Origin: Phycisphaerae bacterium
GTDB taxonomy: Bacteria; Planctomycetota; Phycisphaerae; UBA1845
Direction of reading: 5' to 3'
Assembly: GCA_050050135.1 (NCBI GenBank)
Contig: JASFUW010000002.1
Location: 1 to 34,852 of the forward strand
Length of the DNA: 34,852 nt
In this document: piece by piece, positions 25,614-33,700 of the stretch
Position numbering within the stretch: position 1 is the first letter of the stretch
Layout of the letters: each line of letters starts with the position of its first letter
Translations under genes and position numbers: made by a program
The notes under the pieces: generated by a model
Database searches by the model: none
Seen by the model: the letters and a program-made list of their open reading frames with translations, nothing else
What the model was told of the DNA's origin: nothing

Positions 25614-26018
25614 CTAGCCGGAATCGGCGAGTTGGCGCAGGAAGCGGAAGTCGAAGATGCCGGTGTCATGGCCGTCCGACCAGCGGAGCCTCAGACCGTA
25701 GGTGCCCACCAGATCGGCGCCCGTCGCCCGGAGCTTGGCGGGGTCGGACTTGAGGACCTGCAGTGGGTTGGTCCCGGGTCGCTGAGACTCCTCCCGTTGC
25801 GTTCGGCAGGTGGCGCAGGGGCATTGTCGCCTCAGTTCGCTGAGGGGCAGCTCGTGGCGGCTGCCGTCAGCCCAGTCGATCAGGAGCACCTGCTGTTCGG
25901 TCTTGAGTTTCAGGTCCCTCGGTGTCGTCGAGGCGTCATGGGGGTCGCGCGGCGGTCGGGAGCCGGGGACCCGCGGGTGCTCATTCGGGATAGGCGACTG
26001 TCCGGAGTCAGCGGGCAT
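25614..26018 (-). CDS. DUF971 (gamma-butyrobetaine hydroxylase-like N-terminal) domain protein
   Basis: The sequence reads LLIDWADGSRHELPLSELRRQCPCATC...ADLVGTYGLRLRWSDGHDTGIFDFRFLR, the DUF971 pattern. The ATG at 26018 overlaps the htrA-like stop by 11 nt. The longer track ORF would overlap much more. Confidence 0.75.
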   Translation of the reverse strand: MPADSGQSPIPNEHPRVPGSRPPRDPHDASTTPRDLKLKTEQQVLLIDWADGSRHELPLSELRRQCPCATCRTQREESQRPGTNPLQVLKSDPAKLRATGADLVGTYGLRLRWSDGHDTGIFDFRFLRQLADSG

Positions 26019-27360
26019 GAAGGTGAACCTCCCCGTCGTATAGACGTCCCTGGAATTTGCGTCGGAAACCGATGTCAACGGGTTCGCCCTTCCTGGTACC
26101 GGCCAGCAACGCTCCGACGTGGTCGACATCCAGGACCCAACGCGACCCCATCGAGACGAGCAGATCGCCGGGTCTGATGTCCGCCTGCTCTGCGGGACCG
26201 GAGGGGTCAAGTGCGACCACAATCACGCCGGGCTTCCTTCGCGGGTTTCGCTGGAATTGGCGGGCGACGGCGTCCTTGGCGTCGGTGATGATCAGCCCGA
26301 GGCGTGCGCGGGCCAGTTTTGCGCCGTCAGGGTGGGGGATCGGCTCCAATGTCACCCGCGCACGGGTGAGCCGCCGGTCGCGGCGAACGTCCACGGAAAT
26401 CTCGTCGCCGGGCCTGTGGTTTAGCATGGTCACGTAGTAATCCACGCCGCGACCGATGGGCTGCCCGTTGATTTGTTCGATCACGTCGCCGACGCGGAGG
26501 CCTCCGATGGCGGCGGGACTTCCGTCCCGAATGTCGATCACCCGCGCCGGGGCGACGGGATCGACGCGCATTCCGAGCTGGAACCGGTTGTGCTTCTCGC
26601 TGTCCAGAATATCCGGGAGAATCTCACGCAGACGATCGACCGGAATCGCGAACCCGATGTTCTGGGCGTCGGTTCTCAAGGCCATGTTGATACCGACCAG
26701 CTCGCCAAGGACGTTGAGCAGCGGGCCGCCCGAGTTGCCCGGATTGATGCTCGCATCCGTCTGGATCAGGTCCCGATACACGGTATGCCCGGCCACCTGC
26801 AAATCCCGGTGCAACGCGCTGATGACACCGGTTGTCACTGTGTTCTGGAGCCCGATGGGGTTCCCGACCGCGATGGTCTGCTCACCGATCATCAGATCAT
26901 CGCTGCGGCCGAAAGCGATCGGTTGGAGCGGTTCCGTATTCTCGACCTTGATGACGGCGAGGTCATTCGGCGTATCGCGCCCGACCACGTCGGCGTCGTG
27001 TGCTGTTCCGTCCGTGAAAGTCACGACCAGGTCCGCACCGGCGGAAACCACGTGGGCGTTGGTGGCGACGTAACCGTCCTCGTGGATGACCACGCCGCTG
27101 CCGACGCTCAGCGTGCTTCGCTCGGTCGGGACGGCGAATAGATCACCGAAGATGTCCATCCCCTTCCGTTGGACGATCATCTTCTCGGTGGCGGAGATGT
27201 TGACGACGGACTCCCTGGCCCGCTCGTACGCCTCGACGACGGGGGTACGTCGTAGGTCACGCCGAGGCGGGGGCCGGTCCTGCGCATCGCCGGCATGCGT
27301 GGACGACGACGCGACCAGAAGCAAGGCTGTCGGTATCTGCAGGATGCCAAGCCATCGCAT
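26008..27360 (-). CDS. Periplasmic HtrA/DegP-family serine protease with two PDZ domains
   Basis: It has the signal peptide MRWLGILQIPTALLLVASSSTHA. The catalytic triad contexts are ATNAHVV, NDLAVIKV and GNSGGPLLN. The PDZ-like segments are GLRVGDVIEQINGQPI and DIRPGDLLVSMG. Confidence 0.9.
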   Translation of the reverse strand: MRWLGILQIPTALLLVASSSTHAGDAQDRPPPRRDLRRTPVVEAYERARESVVNISATEKMIVQRKGMDIFGDLFAVPTERSTLSVGSGVVIHEDGYVATNAHVVSAGADLVVTFTDGTAHDADVVGRDTPNDLAVIKVENTEPLQPIAFGRSDDLMIGEQTIAVGNPIGLQNTVTTGVISALHRDLQVAGHTVYRDLIQTDASINPGNSGGPLLNVLGELVGINMALRTDAQNIGFAIPVDRLREILPDILDSEKHNRFQLGMRVDPVAPARVIDIRDGSPAAIGGLRVGDVIEQINGQPIGRGVDYYVTMLNHRPGDEISVDVRRDRRLTRARVTLEPIPHPDGAKLARARLGLIITDAKDAVARQFQRNPRRKPGVIVVALDPSGPAEQADIRPGDLLVSMGSRWVLDVDHVGALLAGTRKGEPVDIGFRRKFQGRLYDGEVHLHAR

Positions 27361-27433
27361 GGTCAGGTACCTTGAGTCCGTAATAACCGGTCCGCCAACC
27401 GGGGTATGAGACGTTCGCAACACACGGTACCGG

Positions 27434-28387
27434 TCACGTCCAGGCAGGGAAACGCGGTGGTTTGCCCGTCAGGACTGCGATCACGTCGTCGAGGACGTTG
27501 TTCATCCGCGCCAACCCGGTCGGTGTTCGGGCTCCGATATGCGGGGTCAACAGCGTGTTGGGTGCTCGGAGCAGTGGACTATACTCTTGCGGCGGTTCGG
27601 GATCGAACACATCGAACGCCGCCCCGGCCAAGTGACCTTCCTCCAGCGCACGAGCCACCGCAGCCTCGTCCACGACCGCTCCGCGGGAGGTGTTGATCAA
27701 GAAGGCACCGCGTTTGAACGTCGCGAGCGACGACTCGTTGATCAGGTGTCGGGTTTTGTCGGTGAGCGGGACGTGGAGGCTGACCACGTCCGCGGTTCGA
27801 TACAGCTCATCCTTTTGGGCGGAGACAGCTACGAAGTCGGTCAGCCCGGGCTCGACGATGTCGTTGTAGACGATCTTCATGCGGAATCCGTGGTGGCATC
27901 GGCGGGCGACGGCCCGACCGATCCGCCCCAAACCGACGATCCCGAGAGTGAGTTCGCTGAGTTCCGGCCCTATGCAGTCTTCGCGATCCGTGGTGAACGA
28001 GCCGGCGCGGATCCCCTCGTCGGCTCGTCGAAGCTTTCTGACCAGGGAGAGCATCATGCCGACGGTCAGGTCGGCGACCGCATCGGTCGCGGCGGCGGGC
28101 GTGTAGACCACGGTGACCTCACGCGAGCGCGCCGCGTCGAGATCGATGTTCTCGAGCCCGACACCGCCCCGGCCAATCACCTTCAACCGTCGGGCGCGCT
28201 CGATGACCTCGCGTGTAACACGGGTCCGGGTTCGGACCAGCAGCGCGTCACAGTCGGCCACTTCCGCCAGCAGGTTCAGTTCGTCGCAGTCTGCAAGTTG
28301 GACTACTTCGCCGACCGTGCGAAGGCGGTTCACGACGGATGGATCGAACGGTTCGGCGATCAGGATTTTGGCGGCGGTCGAGGTCAC
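27434..28387 (-). CDS. D-isomer-specific 2-hydroxyacid dehydrogenase (phosphoglycerate dehydrogenase-like)
   Basis: The sequence contains KVIGRGGVGLENIDLDAA, the NAD motif LGIVGLGRIGRAVA, NTSRGAVVDE and LTPHIGA. The start is GTG at 28387. Confidence 0.85.
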   Translation of the reverse strand: MTSTAAKILIAEPFDPSVVNRLRTVGEVVQLADCDELNLLAEVADCDALLVRTRTRVTREVIERARRLKVIGRGGVGLENIDLDAARSREVTVVYTPAAATDAVADLTVGMMLSLVRKLRRADEGIRAGSFTTDREDCIGPELSELTLGIVGLGRIGRAVARRCHHGFRMKIVYNDIVEPGLTDFVAVSAQKDELYRTADVVSLHVPLTDKTRHLINESSLATFKRGAFLINTSRGAVVDEAAVARALEEGHLAGAAFDVFDPEPPQEYSPLLRAPNTLLTPHIGARTPTGLARMNNVLDDVIAVLTGKPPRFPAWT

Positions 28388-28468
28388 GAGGCGCGATCTT
28401 CGAGGGGCGACCCGGGTCCGTCAACCGGGCGGGATCAGTGCGGCACGCCGTGCTGACTCGAACAAGGC

Positions 28469-28588
28469 CTAATGGACCGGTTGAGCCCACAGCGCTGCCA
28501 GCAAGAAGGCGACCAAGGCGGCCACGAAGAGCCAGACCCGGTGGTGTGCTCCGACGTGAAGGTGTTTGTGATAGAAAAGGGCGTCCAT
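28469..28588 (-). CDS. Hypothetical 39-aa His-rich single-pass membrane protein
   Basis: The sequence is MDALFYHKHLHVGAHHRVWLFVAALVAFLLAALWAQPVH. The ATG at 28588 is preceded by GGGGAGGCGAGACC, a strong SD that is rare in this window. There is no recognisable family. Confidence 0.35.
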   Translation of the reverse strand: MDALFYHKHLHVGAHHRVWLFVAALVAFLLAALWAQPVH

Positions 28589-28760
28589 GGTCTCGCCTCC
28601 CCGCCCGAACGCACACTCCGTCGCATCGAAGGTGCGTCTCGGCGGCTGGAATCCGGACGGACAACCTCTATTCAAACATACAACATGAGACCGCACTTAG
28701 CCAAGTATTTGCGCCAAGCCGCCGGTTTTTCGGACGGTGGCGGAATCGGCGTGCGTGGCT

Positions 28761-29594
28761 ATGATCGCCCGAATGTCCGGATCATCGCCAGCAGGGATGC
28801 TCGAACTCGCCACGAGGCTCGCCGCGGAGGCGGGCGAGATTGCCTTATCTTATTTCGGCTCGGCCGCCGTCGAGCGTAAGGCTGATAACAGCGTTGTCAC
28901 CAACGCGGACCACGAGATGCAGGCCCACATTTTGGGCACGATCGCCCGTGCCTACCCGGACCACGCGGTCCGCGCTGAGGAAACTCAGCGAGATCCGGGT
29001 GCCCACGCGGACGGCCACGAGGCCCGGTACTGCTGGGTGATCGATCCGCTCGACGGAACGCGGAACTACGTATCCGGGTTTCCCTGCTTTGCCACGTCGA
29101 TCGCCGTGCTCGATCACGGTTGGCCGGTCGTCGGCGTGGTCCTGGAGCACAACCATCGACATCTTTACGCAGCGTCGCGCGGAGGGGGCGCGACGTTCAA
29201 CGGCGGCGCGATCACGGTACACGAGGTTCCGGACGGGTCGGACGTGCTGATCGGAATCCCGTCCAGCAAAGATCGGATGACCGTACAGGTGCTCCGTCAC
29301 TGGCTCGGTGAGCGCGGGATGATCACGCGCAACCTCGGATCGACGGCGTTGCATCTGGCGATGGTCGGCTCGGGTGCCTTGGGCGCGACATTCTGCAAAC
29401 AGTGCAAGATATGGGACATCGCAGCCGGGGCTCTGATTGTCGATGAGGCGGGCGGGCGGTGCACGCAGGTTGACGGGTCGGACCGGTTGCCGTTCGATCT
29501 AAGCGCCGACCCCGAGGAGGACCTGCCACTGCTCGCGGCTGCCCCGCGGACGCACGAGCGGTTGATGACTTCGATCAGCGATCAAGTCTGCTGA
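28761..29594 (+). CDS. Inositol monophosphatase family protein (SuhB/CysQ-like)
   Basis: The sequence contains VVTNADHEMQ...RAEE...WVIDPLDGTRNYVSGFP...WDIAAG, which are IMPase metal-binding motifs. The start is ambiguous: GTG at 28737, ATG at 28761 or ATG at 28773. Confidence 0.85.
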   Translation: MIARMSGSSPAGMLELATRLAAEAGEIALSYFGSAAVERKADNSVVTNADHEMQAHILGTIARAYPDHAVRAEETQRDPGAHADGHEARYCWVIDPLDGTRNYVSGFPCFATSIAVLDHGWPVVGVVLEHNHRHLYAASRGGGATFNGGAITVHEVPDGSDVLIGIPSSKDRMTVQVLRHWLGERGMITRNLGSTALHLAMVGSGALGATFCKQCKIWDIAAGALIVDEAGGRCTQVDGSDRLPFDLSADPEEDLPLLAAAPRTHERLMTSISDQVC

Positions 29595-29598
29595 CCCG

Positions 29599-29625
29599 CC
29601 TGCCTGTGTGTTGCACGCAGACAGG
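29599..29625 (+). terminator. Possible hairpin terminator after the IMPase gene
   Basis: In cctgcctgtgtg-ttg-cacgcagacagg there are 12 paired positions with one mismatch and one G-U, and a 3-nt loop. It begins 5 nt after the stop. There is no immediately adjacent U-tract; gttttat lies about 20 nt downstream. Confidence 0.3.
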
Positions 29626-29909
29626 TATTCGCAACGTCGTTTTATACCTGTGAGTCGCTATCGAGGAGGGAGCGGCGAACCCGAGCCTGAGCACCGAGGG
29701 CGCGGTGGTGGTGTCGCCCGATTCCGGCGTATCGGGACAAACGACCGGGCCGGCACGGCCTTGAGTCGGGGTTTTCTTGACAGCGATGGACGGCCGGGGC
29801 AGGATCGTGCTCGCGCGAGCCTCCAGCGCTGGATGTGACCCCGCGGGAAGCCACCGGGCCGTCGGTTGAGGACCCCGATGCGTCGGGGCTCGGTCAAGGT
29901 CCTCGGTCG

Positions 29910-29929
29910 AATCCCGGCGCGCCGGGATT
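29910..29929. repeat. Perfect 20-bp palindrome aaTCCCGGCGCGCCGGGAtt (copy 4), extendable by ggtc/gacc with one bulge
   Basis: Read directly from the sequence. There are 23 nt to the GTG at 29953 and 44 nt to the ATG at 29974 of plsC. Confidence 0.9.
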
Positions 29930-29973
29930 GACCGCTGCAGCGCCGGAGCGGCGTGGCCACGGGTCTTGTTGCG

Positions 29974-30732
29974 ATGCTGCGAGGTTACCTAGCGATCCTG
30001 TTTACGTGCTTCATGGTGGTCGTGGGCGGCGTTCCGCTCGTGGTGCTGGGATTGGTTTGCCGTTCGCGCCGCGCCATGGCATGGGTGGCATCGTCCTGGG
30101 CTCGCGGCGCACTTGCGATCTGCGGTGTTCGGCTGACGATCCACGGGGCGGAGGTGCTTCCCGACGGACCGGCGAGCTTTCTGTTGGGGAACCACCAGAG
30201 CGCGCTCGATATCCCGATTCTAATCGCCGCGATGCGCGGCGACGTGCGTTTCATGGCCAAGAACTCGCTGTTTCGTTTTCCGATTTTCGGATGGGTGCTT
30301 TCGATGTACGGATACATTCCCATCGACCGGAAACGGACTCGCGTCACGCTGGACCGTCTTCATCGCATGTACGACCGGGTTGAGCGGGACCCGATCTCGC
30401 TGGTAGCGTTCCCGGAGGGCACGCGAAGCCGGGACGGGCGGTTGTTGCCATTTCGCAAGGGTACGATGAAGATATGCCATCGCATCGGGCTTCCGGTCGT
30501 GCCGTTTGCGATTGAAGGGTCGCACCGCGTGACGCCGCGGAAGCGGATTCATGCGAAACCGGGTCCGGTTCGGTTGACGTTCGGCGAACGGATCGGTGCG
30601 GCGACGGTCGCACAGATGTCGAGCGAGGCGCTTCACGACCGCATCCGCGGCGCGATTGCCGACATGCTGGATCGAACCGAGGAAATCGAGACACCCCGGG
30701 CGGCTTCGGTAACGGCCGCAGAGGGCAGGTAA
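29974..30732 (+). CDS. plsC: 1-acyl-sn-glycerol-3-phosphate acyltransferase (LPLAT/AGPAT family)
   Basis: It has an N-terminal TM segment, the HX4D motif GNHQSALDIPIL, FPEGTRSRDGRLLPF and VVPFAIEG. The start is ATG at 29974 or GTG at 29953. Confidence 0.88.
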   Translation: MLRGYLAILFTCFMVVVGGVPLVVLGLVCRSRRAMAWVASSWARGALAICGVRLTIHGAEVLPDGPASFLLGNHQSALDIPILIAAMRGDVRFMAKNSLFRFPIFGWVLSMYGYIPIDRKRTRVTLDRLHRMYDRVERDPISLVAFPEGTRSRDGRLLPFRKGTMKICHRIGLPVVPFAIEGSHRVTPRKRIHAKPGPVRLTFGERIGAATVAQMSSEALHDRIRGAIADMLDRTEEIETPRAASVTAAEGR

Positions 30733-30733
30733 G

Positions 30734-33700
30734 GTGATCCGTAAGAATCCGTCCGAACCGCAACGCCTCGCCGACCGGTTGGCCGGTCACCATGTCCTCG
30801 TGACCGGTTCGACGGGCTTTCTCGCGAAAGCGGTCGTCGAGAAGCTGCTTCGGGCGGTTCAGACCGTGGGGGGTATCTATCTTCTGGTGCGGGTCCGCTC
30901 TGACGGTACGACGCCGCAACAGAGAGCACAGCGTGAGGTCTTCAGCTCACGAGCCTATGACCGGCTGAGGGCTTCACTCGGCGAGCGTTTTGCCCGGTTG
31001 TGCGAGGAGAAGATTCACGTCGTCGGCGGGGACCTGACCAAGGAACGATTGGGAATCCCGCCCGAGGAATACTCCGCCCTGGCCGGGCGCGTGACGTTGA
31101 TCATCAATAGTGCCGCGACGGTGACATTCGACGAGCGGATCGATCTGGCGTTGGACCTGAATACGCTCGGCCCGAGACGTTTGCTCCAGTTTGCGCGAGA
31201 TTGCGGGAGTGTTCCGTTCATGCAGGTGTCGACCTGCTACGTTTGCGGAACGCGCAGCGGGGTGGTGCCCGAGGATTTCAGTGCGCCGCAAACCGCGCAG
31301 GAGCGATTGCCGCGACGTGAAGGGTCCGATGCGTATGATCTGGACGGCGTCGTCGAATCTGCACAGGCGGAGGCCGCCGAGCTTCGCCATCGGTTCGGCG
31401 CCGACACGGAAGCCTGTCGCCGCGAGCTGATCGAGGCGGGGATGCGGCGTGCCCGCTCATACGGCTGGCACGACACGTACACGTTCACGAAGTGGTTGGG
31501 AGAGCAGTTTCTCATTCGCGATCGGGGCAACGTTCCGCTTGTCATCTTTCGCCCTGCGATCATCGAGGGGAGCTTCGACGAGCCGATTCCCGGTTGGATC
31601 GACGGGTTGCGGATGGCGGACCCGATCATCGTGGCCTACGGGAGGGGCAAGCTCTCGCAGTTCCCGGCGATCAGCGACCTTCCCATCGACCTGATTCCCG
31701 TCGATTTCGTCGCGAATGCCATGCTCGCGACACTGCCCGTGGGGAAAGGGTGGTCGGAGGGGCTGGCGGTTTATCACTGCGCTTCGAGCGAGCGCAACCC
31801 GCTGCTCCTGAGCGTTTTGCGCAAGTCACTCAGCCGTGCCTTCAAGAAACGCCCGCTCAGCGACGATGACGGGCGCCCCGTGCGACCGCGTGAGCTTCGC
31901 TATGTGGAGCAGTCGGCGTTCATCGCCCGGTGGGAGTCGAAGTACCGGTGGATTCTCCGCCTTCAGCGCGTTTACAAAGCGTTCGGAATCCAGGGCCGGC
32001 GGTTCCGCAAGCTCACCGCGCTCGGTCGACAGATCGAGCAGGTCATCTATTTCGCGAAGATTTACGCGCCGTACACACACCTTGCGTGCACGTTCGGCGA
32101 CGAGAAGCTGCGTGCGGCGGCGGATCGGCTGGATCCCCAGGATCGGAAAGCGTTTACCTTCGACGTAGAGCGGATCGACTGGGACAACTACATCGTCGAT
32201 CGGCACATACCCGGTTTGCGAGCGTTCGTGTTGAGCCCGGCCGCGGAACCGACCCCGCGCATTCTGGCGAAGGAGGAATGGGACCGCGACGCCGTTCGAA
32301 CGCCGGAGGAACTGCTCCGAGGAAACAACCTGTTCGAGGTCTTCGCCGGCGCGGTCCGTCGATATGGTGACCGACCCGCGCTCCAGGTCCTGCGCGGCAA
32401 CCGCTGGCTTCGTTACTCCTACAACGAGGCGCTGCGCGCGACGGGTGCGGTGATGCAGCGTTTCGTCGATCGCGGGCTGACACCCGGCGACCGCGTCGCG
32501 ATCTGCGGCGAGAGCTGTCCGGAATGGGGATTGGTCTATCTTGCGATCATGCGGGCGGGGCTGACGGCCGTGCCGCTGGACCCGCAGCTCCCCCCTGCCG
32601 ACGCGTGGTCCGAGGCGCGGTTCGCGGGTGCGAAACTGATGTGCGCGACACGGCGCACGTTGGCGGGGCTCGAGGCGCACCGCTCGGAGAGCGATGCCGA
32701 ACTCGTCGAGCTGCGCGAACCGTTCATCCCCCGACCGGCGGCCGCGCGCGACACCGCGCCGGAACCGGTCGAGGTCAGTGACACTGCGGTGGCCTCCATC
32801 TTGTTCACGTCCGGCACGACGGTGTCGCCCAAGGCGGTCCAACTGACGCATCGCAACTTCATCGCCAACGCGACGGCCCTGCTCAAGGTGCACATGGTGG
32901 CGCCGACGGATCAGTTGCTCTCGGTGCTTCCGATGTACCACGCGTTCGAGTTCACGGGCGGGTTTCTGGCGCCGCTGGTCTGCGGGGCGACGATCACGTA
33001 CGTCGACGAACTCAAGGGACCGAAGATTCAGGAAGCGACGCAGGCGACCGGAACGACGGTCATGCTGGTGGTGCCGCGCTTGTTGCGGCTGTTTCACGAT
33101 TCGATCGACAGCACGGTCGCCGCGGGGGGGTGGCTCCAGCGTTTCGCCTTTCGCGCGTTCGGCTTTCTCTCGGACGCGACGGGGTATTCGCTCGGTCGAT
33201 GGTTGTACAGCCGGGTGCACAAGCGGTTCGGCGGGCGACTGAGGATGTTCGTCTCGGGGGGGTCGCGGCTAGACCCGGACCTGTTCAAGTCATTCCGGCA
33301 AATGGGTTTCGAAGTATACGAAGGGTATGGGCTGACCGAGACCGCACCCGTTTTGACGGTCAACCCGCCCGGTCGGGCGCAAGGCGGCTCGGTGGGTCCG
33401 GCGCTGCCGGGGGTCGAGATCGAGATCCGGAACCAGAACCTCGAGGGCGTCGGCGAGGTCTGGGCGCGGGGAAAGAGCGTGATGCCGGGGTACCTCGACA
33501 ATGCGGAAGCCACAGGCGAGGTCCTCGTCGACGGCTGGTTCCGCACCGGGGACCTCGGGCGGCGTGATTCGAACGGATACCTGTACCTCACCGGGCGATC
33601 GAAGGACCTGATCGTCACCGACGCGGGCAAGAACGTCTATCCCGACGAAGTGGAGGCGAAATACTGCGAGCTGCCCTGCGTCAAGGAAATCTGCGTGTTC

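Noticed and set aside
29777-29805. A perfect -35 hexamer TTGACA lies upstream of plsC, with CAGGAT 17 nt downstream.
   Set aside because: The -10 candidate matches the consensus at only 3 of 6 positions. Promoter consensus in this lineage is also uncertain, so this is not callable without TSS data.
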